Source: Eledone cirrhosa (taxonomy: Eukaryota). Taken from it: a DNA stretch of 64,000 nt. The DNA lies in NCBI GenBank assembly GCA_964016885.1, contig OZ024748.1, positions 20,026,001 to 20,090,000 of the forward strand. The letters run 5' to 3'. Positions 40,929 through 54,832 of this stretch are shown piece by piece. A program made the translations under genes and the position numbers. Under the pieces are notes generated by a model, which saw only the letters and a list, made by a program, of their open reading frames with translations, had not been told where the DNA came from and did no database searches. The first letter of the stretch is position 1, and each line of letters begins with the position of its first letter.

Positions 40929-41460
40929 TATTCTATTCTATTCTAAGGCAGGTAAAATTCCCGAGATCCATGGACGAGCTCTCTTCAGTGGTCCCTGTCC
41001 CTCATTATCGCTGCCATGTCCCGCGTCTCCAACAGACCAGTGTCTGTCCTTAGGGCATCAACATACGTTAACCTTGGTCTGACAGAGTTCTTTGAGATAC
41101 TGTCTGGAGTGCTCCAGGGAGAAACATTGACTCCCTACCTTTTTATCTTCGTAGTGGACTATTGTATGCTCCTTGCACTGGAGAAACACCAGGACTCTGG
41201 CTTTACTGTGGCACCGGCTCAGAGCAGGAGTTAAGGCGAAAAAGGTATCGGATGCTGAATTTGCCGACGACATAGTTTTAGTGACAAATACAGTGAAGAA
41301 GGCAGAGGATTTGATGCGGGAGGTTGAGACTGTGTCGATGAGTGTGGGACTGAGAATGAATGAGACTAAAACAAAATATCTGGTAGAGAATGTTGAGAAG
41401 CCAGAGGGGATCACTAATGTAGGCGGAAAGCCGCTAGAATTGGTTGAGGGCTTCCTGTAT
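40929..41460 (+). pseudogene. RTE-like LINE reverse transcriptase fragment joined to an inverted 3' end
   Basis: GVLQGETLTPYLFIFVVDY, EFADDIVL, GLRMNETKTK; 40929-41016 is the reverse complement of the 3' end seen at 49797-49873. Confidence 0.85.
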
Positions 41461-41539
41461 ATATGATATATATATATACTATATATATATATATATATGA
41501 TATATATATATACACATATATATATATATATACATATAA

Positions 41540-41570
<31 letters not shown>

Positions 41571-41659
41571 AATATATTTATATATAAATATATATATATA
41601 TATAAATAAATATATTTATATATAAATATATATATAAGTATATATATATATATAAGTAG

Positions 41660-42300
41660 CAGCAAATGCCCACAGAATGCTAGCTCATTCCATTACACAG
41701 ATGGATCTATAGAAATAGTGGACACCTTCCGTTACTTGGGTGACAAAATCAGCAGTGGGGGAGGGTGCTCTGAAAGTACAGTAGCTAGAGTCAGAACTGG
41801 ATGGAAAAAGTTCAGAGAGCTTATACCACTATTAGCCGTTAAAGAGTTCTCTCTAAAAATGAAAGGCAGGTTGTACGATGCCTGCATACGAACAGCAATG
41901 TTACATGGCAGTGAGACCTGGGCATCGTGTGCAGAGGATATACGCAGACTGGAGAGGAACGAAGTTTGCATGCTCTGCTGGATGTGTAATAGTAATATAC
42001 GTGAACGGCAAAGCATAAACGAACTAAGGGAAAAATTAGAAATAAGAGGGATCAGATGTTGTTTACTTGAGAGAAGACTACGTTGGTATGGTCACGTGAT
42101 GCACATGAAAGACGACAGCTGTATAAAAAAGTGCAGGGCAATAAAAATAGATGGTAGCCACGGAGTAGGCAGACCCAGAAAAACCTGGGACGACTTGATA
42201 AATTCCGACCTCACACACTTACACCTCTCCAAGACAATGTCTGAGATCTTTGGCGCTACACAGTAATACAGAAGACGCGCCTTACCTAAGTACAAAGTGA
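41660..42300 (+). pseudogene. RTE-clade LINE ORF C-terminal fragment
   Basis: FRYLG, ARVRTGWKKFREL, LYDACIRTAMLHGSETW, RRLRWYGHV, GRPRKTW. Confidence 0.9.
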
Positions 42301-42596
42301 AACCTACTACACTCAGTAGGCACCTCTAACAAAATACACCCCCGTCCCACTACCCCCACCCCATCCACACCACCCCTTTCAATGTAAAGTTATGTTGGTA
42401 CCACAACATCCAGTCCGAAACAAATGAGGTCGTGTAGGTGTCACAACAAAAAAAAACACACAGTCGACGCTGTAATGTGGCCGTGTAGGTAACACGGTAA
42501 AAACCTCCCAGTCCACACTGTAAACGTGGTTGGTGTTAGGAAGGGCATCCAGCCGTAGTATATATATATTATATATATTATATATATATATTTTAT

Positions 42597-42701
<105 letters not shown>

Positions 42702-42710
42702 ATATATATA

Positions 42711-42758
<48 letters not shown>

Positions 42759-42767
42759 TATATATAT

Positions 42768-42821
<54 letters not shown>

Positions 42822-42822
<1 letters not shown>

Positions 42823-43164
42823 TCATCATCATTTCATTTTACGTCCACTTTTCCCTGCTTGCAAGGATGGGACGGGAACTGATTCTGGCTTGATTTCTAC
42901 AGCTGGATGCCCTTCCTAACACCAACCTCATTTACAGTTAGTGCTGGGTGCTTTTTTTTTTGCTGTGGCACCTCCACGACCACTTTGCAGTGGAATGATA
43001 TGGACCCCAGTCCCTATCATCTCATTTCTACAGCTGAGTAAACTGGAGCAATGTGAAATAAAGTGTCTTGCTCAAGGAAACAACACATCACCCGGTCTGA
43101 GAATTGAACTCACAACCTTTCAATTGCAAGGCCAATGCTCTAACCACTAAGCCACGTGCCTCCA
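42822..43164 (-). mobile_element. SINE family 2
   Basis: Near-identical to 19927-20263. Confidence 0.85.
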
Positions 43165-43225
43165 CTTATATATAAATATATATATATATATATGTACATG
43201 TATACACGTGCCTACTTATATATAA

Positions 43226-43281
<56 letters not shown>

Positions 43282-43807
43282 AAATGATGATGATGATATA
43301 TATATACACACATACAGATGTTAAACGATGATGATGATGATGATGGCACATGTATTGTATTTATTCATATGTATGTGCATCTGTGTGTATGCATGTGTAT
43401 GTGTGTGCCCATGTGTGTGCGTGTGCGTATAGGGATGAGTATGTACACGTGCGTGTATGTGCATGTATTTGTAGATATGCATGTGTGTGTATGTGTAAGT
43501 GCATGTGTATGCAGATGAATGAGTGTATGCATGTATGTATGTATGTATGTATGTATGTATGTATGTATGTATGTATGTGTGCATGTGTATTGGCAGAGAT
43601 AAAGTATGGAATAGTTGATCAGATTGCTCCTACATCAAAGCCAGAGAGCCCTGGTTGAACACAGATAATACATCTGCGTTCAATTATTGTCGGCTCTAAT
43701 TGGCTACATTACCATGTGTTGGCTCCAAACAGCATCAAGGATTACTACTGCTACTGGTTTATATGGAAGGCCAGTGGTTATTATTATTGTAATCATTATT
43801 GTTGTTG

Positions 43808-43842
<35 letters not shown>

Positions 43843-44256
43843 CAACAGGCTCTATCTTAGGCTAGGTGAATGACTAATGACTAAGTAGGGTTAGAGAGAG
43901 AGAGAGAGAGGGGTGGGGAGAGAGGGAGGGAGAGATAGATAGAGAGAGAAAAAGGGAGAGAGAGAGAGAGGCTGATCTATGTCTATTTGGCAGTAATGAG
44001 AGAGAAGGAGGAGTAGGAGGGGGAGAGAAAGAAAGAGGGAGAGAGAAAGGAGGAGAGAAAAAGAGAAAGAAAAGGAGAGTAACTGAAAGAGACAGACAGA
44101 CAGACAGATAGATAGATAGACACTAAGCTATGACTATTTGGCAGTAATTAGAAACGTATTCTTTGGTTTCTGCAAGTAGTTTTGTTTTGCAGATCCTGTG
44201 GAATTAGTTAAGTACAAGCAAATGTTGATAAAATATAATGAAAGTTTGGTTTTTAC

Positions 44257-44379
44257 CCGAGGCTTCACCACCATTGAAGAAAATTGGCTCCTCTGCAGTT
44301 GAAGAATATGAAAACTGGCTGAAGAGAAAACCTAACCCTTCCCATACCAATACCAAACTGTCTGAAACCAGCCCTCTTT
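44257..44379 (-). CDS. Candidate internal host exon, product unknown
   Basis: Minus strand T-tract-ATCCTAG acceptor and G|GTAAAA donor; 123 bp, one open frame (RGLVSDSLVLVWEGLGFLFSQFSYSSTAEEPIFFNGGEAS); no family recognised. Confidence 0.25.
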
Positions 44380-44524
44380 CTAGGATAAAAAAAAAAACGT
44401 TTGTTTTTATACTGTTTATAGATTTATGCAAGAAATCTTTGTTAGAACTTGGATATGTAACCATACCAGGCGAGTTTCTATCTTTTTACCATCACAAGAA
44501 ATGGTTCCTGACTGACAGTATATT

Positions 44525-44945
44525 TGTTGACTTGCTGCTTGAGGAACTAGTTTTGTGTTCAGAGTAAGAGATGTATAGAAGCCTTCTGAAACACTTATTC
44601 TTGAATGCAAGGAACTTGTGGCTTGACAAAGTTTGATGAGTAGAAGCCTTCTCAAACCCTTATTCTTGAATGCTAAGTACTTGCTACTTGACAAAATAGT
44701 TTTGTGTTCTGAGTAATGGATGTGTAGAAAGAAGCCTTCTCAAAAACTTATTCTTGAATGCCAAGTACTTGCTGCTTGATAAAATTGTTTTGTATTCTAC
44801 GTCAGGAATGTGTAAAAGGCTTCTCAAACACTTATTGTCGAATGCCAAGGACTTGCTGTTTGACAAAGTTGTCTTGTTTGTCTTATGTTCTTAGTGTCAG
44901 CTGTGTAGAAGAAGCCTACTCAAACATTTATTCTTGAATACCAAG
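44525..44945 (-). repeat. Tandem array (~60-90-bp units, ~5 copies) derived from an RTE LINE coding segment
   Basis: Repeated AGAAGCCTTCTCAAACACTTATTCTTGAATGCCAAG; translates to LAF(D/K)NK(C/F/G)LRRLL. Confidence 0.7.
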
Positions 44946-45425
44946 ATAGTTTGTTCAATGTTGGCTACAGCTTTAAAACTCCAGCCTTCACACCCATACA
45001 GGGGGATTTTTCAGTGCCAAAAAGAAAAAAACAAAACCTGCTATTCTCCTCTTTACATTGATTAGAAGGAATATAAGATAGGCTTGATGTTAAAAGAATT
45101 CTCAACATTCCAACAAACCTTCCACCTAATAACATTTATGTCGATATAACAAACTCTCCTCCTTCAACCTTAAAACAAACTAATAACACACAAAACATTC
45201 AATCATACACACACACAACACAACACATTCACACACACATACAAAAACAGCTATATACACACACAAACATAATGAAACCAGACTTGTATAAAAAAATAAA
45301 CACATGCACACAACACACATATACATAGATACACATACAGTAAATTATAAATTATAAATCATTAGACAGCAATTAGTGTCAAATGTATATTTTAAATAAA
45401 AATCTTAGAGATAGATTGTTTAATA

Positions 45426-45461
<36 letters not shown>

Positions 45462-46053
45462 CATACACACGAACATATACATATATACAAACATATTCAT
45501 ACATATATATATATACATATTCTATATATATATACACACATATAAATATATACCTATACATATATACATATATAAATAAATATATATATATGCTTATACA
45601 AATGAATATATGATAGCGATAAACACTGATACGAGTATACAAATATATGTTTATACATATATGTATATATACATATATATGTACACATATATATACATGT
45701 ATACATATACATACATATATATATATACACATATATACATATGTATACACACACATATATACACACACACACACATACATATATATATATGTATATTAGA
45801 ATCTTAAATGAGCAGTAAATTTATTAACACAATGTGTCTACACATGTATTGTAGACGGACATATATGAAACTTCGAGTAACATGCTATATTTAAATCAAA
45901 GTCACGTTCGTACAAGTAAAGTAAAATCTGAGCAGAGAAAAATTTCTGGTGATAATTTTTCTGCCAATTAGTAATACAGTGCAGTGAAGAGAAATAGTTT
46001 AACCAGTAAAAACGAATTAGCTCCATGTACTTCACATACACACACCCACACAC

Positions 46054-46084
<31 letters not shown>

Positions 46085-46099
46085 TACATATATACACAT

Positions 46100-46173
<74 letters not shown>

Positions 46174-46213
46174 CGTTTCTGAATTTATTGGCAACATGAC
46201 CCTCCCAAAGTAT

Positions 46214-46280
<67 letters not shown>

Positions 46281-46459
46281 TATGATACATATACATATAT
46301 ACACACACACACATATATATGTACATATATAATCAAATAAATCTCTCTTCAAATTTCTCCTCATGTTTTGCCTGTTTTTCCTAATACATACATAAATATA
46401 TATGTATATATATATATATATATACATATATATACATATATATACATATATATATATAC

Positions 46460-46513
<54 letters not shown>

Positions 46514-46515
<2 letters not shown>

Positions 46516-46702
46516 CGAAGGAAATGTGGTAAGGAACCAGGTGGACCATAACGCACCAAAGTACTCAATACTAGAGGTAGTAGAGTGGGTAATAGGAACC
46601 AGTAAGACCCCGACAGCTGAGCTCAAGCCGTTTCGACGGCTAATTCTGGACTGAATTAGCCGTCGAAACGGCTTGAGCTCAGCTGTCGGGGTCTTACTGG
46701 TT

Positions 46703-46706
<4 letters not shown>
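46514..46706. mobile_element. Family E fold-back
   Basis: Perfect ~64-bp arms around TGGACT (46647-46652); right arm GAATTAGCCGTC-GAAA-CGGCT-TGAGCTC-AGCTG-TC-GGGGTC. Confidence 0.85.
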
Positions 46707-46750
<44 letters not shown>

Positions 46751-46828
46751 TATATACATATATATATGTACATATATATATACATATATATATACATATA
46801 AATATACATATATATATGTACACATATA

Positions 46829-46894
<66 letters not shown>

Positions 46895-46952
46895 TACATA
46901 TATACATATTTAGACACCCGTCTAAACCCATGCTAGCGTTAAACGATGATGA

Positions 46953-46993
<41 letters not shown>

Positions 46994-47014
46994 TATACAC
47001 ATATATATGTATAT

Positions 47015-47186
47015 ATTTAATACAGAAATGGTTTCTACATGACTAGAACTGTTTTATTCGGAGGAAAGCTTTCCTGATGATTTCCTCCGAATAAAACAGT
47101 TCTAGTCCTGTAGAAGCCATATTAAATATTTATACACTGCTATGTGTTTAGTTCTTTGCCTGCTGTGGTTACTCCTAATTGAACCT

Positions 47187-47190
<4 letters not shown>
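47015..47190. mobile_element. Family A fold-back
   Basis: Short inverted arm, then TTC-CTGATGA-TTTCCTCCGAAT-AAAA-CAG..CTG-TA-GAAGCC plus tail; G12 mutated. Confidence 0.75.
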
Positions 47191-47223
<33 letters not shown>

Positions 47224-47322
47224 ACAAACCCTCCATGTCAATTCTACTTTTGAAAAGCAGAAGAATATACTTTCATTCGTGTAGGACACCTCGTTTTTTT
47301 CATTTTGTAAAAAAAACCTCAC

Positions 47323-47354
<32 letters not shown>

Positions 47355-47358
47355 CAGC

Positions 47359-47694
47359 ATCATCATCATCATATTACGTCCACTTTTCCCTGCTTGCAAG
47401 GGTGGGACGGGAACTGATTCTGGCTTGATTTCTACAGCTGGATGCCCTTCCTAACACCAACCTCATTTGCAGTGAGTGCTGGGTGCTTTTTTGCCGTGGC
47501 ACCTCCACGACCACTTTACAGTGGAATGATATGGACCCCAGTCCCTATCATCTCATTTCTACAGCTGAGTAAACTGGAGCAATGTGAAATAAAGTGACTT
47601 GCTCAAGGAAACAACACATCACCCGGTCTGAGAATTGAACTCACAACCTTTCGATTGCAAGGCCAATGCTCTAACCACTAAGCCATGTGCCTCC
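47359..47694 (-). mobile_element. SINE family 2
   Basis: Near-identical to 19927-20263; a truncated relative lies at 48043-48400. Confidence 0.85.
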
Positions 47695-47751
47695 ATTATA
47701 TAAATAAATATTTATCTGTAGAACTATTTTGTTCATAGGAAATCATCAGGA

Positions 47752-47895
<144 letters not shown>

Positions 47896-49260
47896 TGCAA
47901 TGGCATGATGTGGTTTACTGAATGTATTTTAAAGATGAGCCACTTCCTATAACATTATTCCAGTCCAGTAAAGCTGGAAATTAAATTGAGTTGTGCTTGT
48001 AATCCAAATGACCATTCTTATCACACACTGCATTACACAGGATCATCATCATCATCATCACCGTTTTACGTCCGTTCTTCCACGCTAGCATGGGTTAGAT
48101 GGGTTGTCTTGTTGTGGGCAGTAGCCGGTCGGCTGACCTTGTCTTGCTCATACAGTAACTGGTTCTGGCTTGATTTCTACAACTGGATGCCCTTCCTAAC
48201 ACCAACCTCATTTACAGTGAGTGCTGAGTGCTTTTTTTTCTGTGGCACCTACATATCTACTTTAAAGTGTGGGCTGGGTAAATTTTTGCCGTGGCACCTC
48301 CACGACCACTTTGCAGTGGAACGACAGGGACCCCAGTCCTATCATCTCATTTCTACAGCTGAGTAAACGGGAGCAATGTGAAATAATACATCACCCGGAC
48401 CAAGTTGAGAAATACATTAAAGGCACACATGCCTGTGTAGTGCTCAGTCACTTGCATGGTAATGGCATATGTTGGTTGTTCTGTTGGACAAACTACTGAA
48501 GCATTTGTCTTTGGAAAGAGAGAGACAGAGACAGACAGGGAGAGGATAGCAAAGAGAAAGAGGGTGTGTGTGAGTGAGAGGAGAGGGAGAGTGTGTATGT
48601 GTGTGAGAGAGAGAGAGTGAGCGAGAGAGAGAGTGAGAGTGTGTGTGTGAGAGAGACAGAGAGAAAGAGTGTGTGAGTGTGAGTAGGAGAGAGAAATGCA
48701 GAGAGAGAGAGTGTGTGTGAGAGAGAGTGTGTGAGAGTGTGCGTGTGAGAGAGAGAGTGAGTGTGTGTGTGAGAGAGACAGAGAGAAAGAGTGTGTGAGT
48801 GTGAGTAGGAGAGAGAGAGAGAAATGCAGAGAGAGAGAGAGTGTGTGTGTGAGAGAGAGTGTGTGTGTGAGAGAGAGTGTGTGTGTGAGAGAGAGAGCAA
48901 GAGATAGAGAGGGGTGTGTGTATGATGGCTTTTAATGAACTATAATAGAGTGAAATAGTTTATTTAGGTTCATCCAACCCCCTGTTATTCTGGAGTTTTC
49001 CTCTTGACTTGCAGCTGTTTTCTCAGACAGGGAAACAAAAACTGGGTCTGAGCCAACAACCCCATGCCAGATGAAACTCAAGAGAAATAGGGCACTGGAT
49101 CAGCCTAATTACGACATATATAGATATATAACAAAGAGGTGTGGTAAGATACCAGGTGGACAATAACGCACCAGAGTACTCAATACTTAGGGTAGTAGAG
49201 TGGGTAATAGGAAAAGTGTCAGGACCCATACGGCTGATATATATGTGTGTGTGTGTGTAT

Positions 49261-49681
49261 GTTTTTTTTTCGTTCATTGCCAGAGAACGTCTCTATGAAC
49301 CACCTAAGAGAACATTAGTCTACGACTTCTTTTATACCATAAACGTGGTTCTGTCTTTGCGCGTAATTGTTTTTCACCGCTCCTATTAATGACGTATTAT
49401 ATTCGTTTTTTCCCGTTCTTCGCCAGCGAACGTTTCCACGAACCAAAGTATCGTCTTCCTGTCTTCCTCCGGTTGCAACGGTTTTTGAAATATCCAGTTC
49501 TGCGTTTACAGATTGACTTTGTTAGTTTCAGAAGATCCCGTTAAGGGTGAAAGCAGCGATTCTTTGCTTAAACTTTAATCTGTTATTTTAATAAATATTT
49601 GCACTACGGTTCTTATATATTTGATATATATTTATCCTTATCGAGCCCTCTTTGGATTTTAGTCTTCAAATTTATTATTAT

Positions 49682-49684
<3 letters not shown>
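49261..49684 (+). mobile_element. Family D uninverted copy (defines the native order)
   Basis: Upstream segment-CAGAAGA hammerhead-like motif-AATAAA-tail-(TA)n; preceded by an inverted family E tail at 49130-49236. Confidence 0.78.
49524..49574 (+). ncRNA. Atypical hammerhead-like motif (U4-to-A core, family D)
   Basis: AGTTT-CAGAAGA-T.CCC/GGG.T-GAAA-GCA/TGC-TT-AAACT; same core in four copies. Confidence 0.55.
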
Positions 49685-49731
<47 letters not shown>

Positions 49732-50380
49732 GTATGCATATATTTATGTAAATATATACACATACAACATATGTACATATATATATACATGTTGTTGGCA
49801 GCGATAATGAGGGACAAAGACCGCTGGAGAGAACTCGTCCATGGATCTCGGGAATTTTACCCGCCTTAGAATATATACATGTATATACATATCATCATCA
49901 TCATTTTAAAGTGGCTGATAAAATGATGATGATATATATATATATCTATGTATATATGTATGTATGTATGTATAAATAAATATATATATATATACATACA
50001 TATGTGTGTGTGTGTGTATGTGTGTTTATATATACACACAGACTTAGATAAATGCATGGACATGTCTGCATGTCTATAGAATTCTAGAGGGAAATCTTTT
50101 TAAACATAGTGTTTACATGCTTATACACTATCAGGAATACACAGACATACACACAGCCACACATGCATGCATACACACATATACACACGCATACACACAT
50201 ATAGCAGCATAATTAGGAAAGTATATTAAGAAATATGTGCACAAAATATATTTACATTAATAAATTTTCCCAACAACTATCTGTGTATTTTTTGCTCATT
50301 ATAAACGTTCTCATCATCTTCACCATGGTTGAACTGGCTACACAGTAAATTGGTAGGTTTCTATACTGCTATAGCTATTG

Positions 50381-50445
<65 letters not shown>

Positions 50446-50494
50446 GTGTGTATATATATATATATAGTAATAATAATAATAGTAATAATAATAA

Positions 50495-50645
50495 ATATGA
50501 AGACTAAAATCCAAAGAGGGCTCGATAAGGATAAATATATATCAAATATATAAGAACCGTAGAGCAAATAGAGTTTCAGAAGATCCCGTTAAGGGTGAAA
50601 GCAGCGATTCTTTGCTTAAACTTTAATCTGTTATTTTAATAAATA
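50495..50645. mobile_element. Family D insert
   Basis: Inverted tail; the sense segment starts at helix I (AGTTTCAGAAGA). Confidence 0.75.
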
Positions 50646-50991
50646 TCATCATCATCATCATCATTTCATTTTACGTCCGCTTTTTCCCTGCTTGCAAGGG
50701 TGGGACGGGAACTGATTCTGGCTTGATTTCTACAGCTGGATGCCCTTCCTAACACCAACCTCATTTACAGTGAGTGCTGGGTGCTTTGTTGCCGTGGTGC
50801 CTACACATCCACTTTACAGTGGAATGATAGGGACCCCAGTCCTATCATCTCATTTCTACAGCTGAGTAAACTGGAGCAATGTGAAATAAAGTGTCTTGCT
50901 CAAGGAAACAACACATCACCCTGTCTGAGAATTGAACTCACAACCTTTCGATTGCAAGGCCAATGCTCTAACCACTAAGCCATGTGCCTCC
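50646..50991 (-). mobile_element. SINE family 2
   Basis: Near-identical to 19927-20263. Confidence 0.85.
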
Positions 50992-51129
50992 ATATATATA
51001 TATATATCACCATTATCATTGTTTTTACATCCGCTTTCCCATGCTTGCATGCGTTGGACTCATATATACTCTTTTACTCTTTTACCTGTTCCAGCCATCC
51101 AGCTGAGGCCATGCTGGGGCATATATGAA

Positions 51130-51312
51130 CAATTTGGGATTCTGATGGCTGAGCTCCTGCCGTTTCAACAGCTAGATCTGAACAGATCATTGAAACGGCA
51201 GGAGCTCAGCCATCGGGGTCCCCCCACATTTTTCATATTACAAACTCTACTATGCCAAGTATCCATTACTCTCGTGAGTAATGGTCTAACTGGTGTTTAC
51301 CGCTTCCTTTCT
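51130..51312. mobile_element. Family E fold-back, diverged
   Basis: GATGGCTGAGCTCCTGCCGTTTCAA / TTGAAACGGCAGGAGCTCAGCCATC plus tail. Confidence 0.7.
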
Positions 51313-52932
51313 GATATATATATATATGTGTGTGTGTATATATATATATATGTATATATACAAGGTGTCCCCCAAAAATATATACACACTTCAACAGCAT
51401 TCTAACCAAAGTATATATATATATATATATAGTACTTGACTACTATTTACTAAACTAAGCTAAGCAGAGTTACATACCTTGTCATATGGTCTATTTCAGA
51501 TAACTTATATGAACTTGTTTATAAATGTATATTAGGTGGTGAATTGGTAGAGTGAAGACACATGGCCTAATGGTTAGGCTGTTTGATGTAGGATCATAAT
51601 ATCATCAGTTCCATTCCTGAACAGGCAGCTGTGTTATGTTCTTGAATAAAACACTTTATTTCACGCTGCTCCAATATACTTACCTGAGAAGAGCACTAGC
51701 AATAGCTGGGGAGTTAAACCTGCGATAGACTGGTATCCTATCCAGGGAGAATATTGTGCTCTTGTCACTATTGGCTTTGCTGGTCTGCTGCTCCACCACC
51801 ACCACCACCACTGTCATGATGACAATGACCAACACCATTTGTTCATATATATAGTTTAGTTTGCGTTTATATTTATGTACTGAGAGACAGAAATAATTTT
51901 TTTTATTTTAGTTTGGAACTTGGAAAATCACATTGAAATGTAATTAGCAAGGTATTTAATAATACATAACAATATTTTAAACGATAACAGCCATAATTAT
52001 GATCATAATCATTATCTCCATCATCACCATCATCATCATCAATTTTATCATCATCACCAAGAGACTTATGTCTTGATAATTATTGAGAGGAAGACTTCTC
52101 AGATATTAAAGGCATTGCAATTTACTAATGCAACTAACTTTCTCATTATTAAGCAGGTGCTTGGAACACAACTTAACAAGTCTTTACATATTTAAAAACA
52201 AACAATTCTGTATTGCAAGAATGGTTTCAGATAGTTTGGTATTTAAACAAGCCGTATTATGCCAGAATTCTCTCACTTCTTTCTGTTCAAACCAGCTGTA
52301 ACTGACTTCTCATACTGATGTTGTTCTCAAAATAAATAATATCAAAATCTCATAAATTTGATAATTATATGAGATAAAGCCTTTACTGTGAAAATATAAT
52401 AGTATATATAGAGAGTAATGTAAATAGTAAAGGGTTAAAAGACAATCAGCAAATTTGTTCTAGTTGTAACTGCAGTTGGTGTTAGGAAGAGCAACCAGTT
52501 GTAAAAATCCCAGCCAAATTACAGTTTCGTCTGAGCAAGGTTCCGCATGGCCAGCTGGCAAAAAAACTTATCTCATGATATGGGTGAATAGTCTAACCCA
52601 TGCAAGCATGGAAAAATGGGTGTTAAACGGTGATGATAACATCATCTGTTGAATTTTGTATCAGCTGGCATAGACATTAGAAGATTGGATTAAATATCTG
52701 GGGCTAGTTCTGGTTCTCTGCATTCCGAGTTCAAATCCTGCTGAAGTCATTAAAGGTCAATAAACTGCCAGTCAAAGACTGGTGGAATTATTAAAGACTC
52801 AGATGGGATGGAATGTTTTGCAGTATCTATTTTAGTTATGTGCGTTTTGAGTTTAAATTCTACCTCCTGTCACCAGAAAAGTGGTGGGTCTTCTGCCAGG
52901 AGGTGAAACTGGCAGATAGAATAAAAAATGGT

Positions 52933-53295
52933 AAGACCAATGGAAACATAGTTTCCTTGGGAAACCAATGAAAGAATACTTTCCTTGGAAAACCAATGGA
53001 AAAATGGTTCTCCTGGAAGACCAATGGAAATATGATTTCCTTCAGATATCAATGAAAGAATAGGTTCCTTGGAAAACCCAATGGAAATATAGTTTTTCTA
53101 GAAGACCAATGGAAAAATAGTTTTTCTAGAGGACCAATGGAAAGATAGTTTTCATGAGAGACCATGGAAGAGCAGTTTTCCTGCAAACTTCAATGGAAAC
53201 ATAATTTTCGTTGAGAGGCCAATGGAAAAGCAGTTTCTGGGAAAACCCAATGGAAATATAGTTTCCATGGAAGAGCAATGGAGAGATAATTTCCA
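52933..53295. repeat. ~28-bp minisatellite
   Basis: Recurring GACCAATGGAAA..TAGTTT. Confidence 0.85.
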
Positions 53296-54158
53296 TGATC
53301 TGATCTGATAATTGGCTCTGTTCCTTTTTTAAGTGCTACCGCTCACACCTATATAAAATTTAGCTGGCATCCTACGAGGTGGCATAAGACATTTCTTGGG
53401 TGTTTTAGTATTACATCTAAACATATTCCAGTTGTAAAGTAAAAGGAAAAATGCATCAATGAAGCTTTATGGAAGATGTCCACAAGAGAAGGGAGATGGT
53501 AGGGTTGGGAAGATGGGGGGGGGGGGGGGGGGATATTTGCAGCAAATGATTACATGAAAACAAAATGTGTTTATAAGAAGAACATACATGGTTGAATAAA
53601 TAAATAAATAAATAAAATAAAATAAAATAAAATAAAATAAAATAAAATAATTTTTAAAAAGTAGTGGTAGAGAAAGAAATTGTAAAGACAAGAAAATAAA
53701 AATTGTAAAATAAATATAAAAAAAAACACCCAAAAGTCCTTTTGAGAACCTTTAGAACGAGAAGAAAAGAAAAAAGGAAAGAAAAAAAAAATATCTCTCT
53801 TAACGAGAGTAATTAATTCTAAGTGTTTTTCCTTAAAAGATAAACATGTTAGCCATTTTCTAAGCTGTTATTACAGAAAGTTAACTCCACTGCCTGTTAG
53901 TCTACAGCATAGCAGTAACATTACATTTACATTTCTACATGTTAAGAGATATTATTCTGATAGCAAATGAGCCATCCCTTCTCACTTTTCATCTTCTGCC
54001 TCTACTTCTATTTCTTCGTCTTTTCACAGTGTGATATATAGGAATATATGAATAATCTTGGCTCCATCGAAACATATTGTAATGAAGAAAAATTAATATA
54101 CATATATATATACATATATATATATATTATATATATATATATTATATATATATATATA

Positions 54159-54192
<34 letters not shown>

Positions 54193-54217
54193 CATATATA
54201 CACATATTTATATTTAC

Positions 54218-54260
<43 letters not shown>

Positions 54261-54294
54261 TCTATATTTATATATATATACACATATCTATATT

Positions 54295-54342
<48 letters not shown>

Positions 54343-54355
54343 CACACATACACAC

Positions 54356-54473
<118 letters not shown>

Positions 54474-54801
54474 TTATATATATAAAGTTTAGGATAAATG
54501 TCACTTCCAGACCACCAGAGAGGTTTCCAGTGTTGTTTGAATGTCGAAAATAGTCTTATCACATCATCCAGTCAATGTTTATAGACAGAACAGCAGGATC
54601 AGTAACAATAGTGAGTAAAGTTGGTAAAGTTGAAAATATATAAACACAAGTCAGACCACAGGAAAATGGATCCACAATGTCAATCACCAACTTGTAATCA
54701 CTTCAATTGAAATATCTCACTTCGTGTTTCTATTATATTTTATTTAAAAAAAACATTTTTTTCTGAAGTCTATCTGACATGTTCACAATCAGTATCACTA
54801 T

Positions 54802-54832
<31 letters not shown>

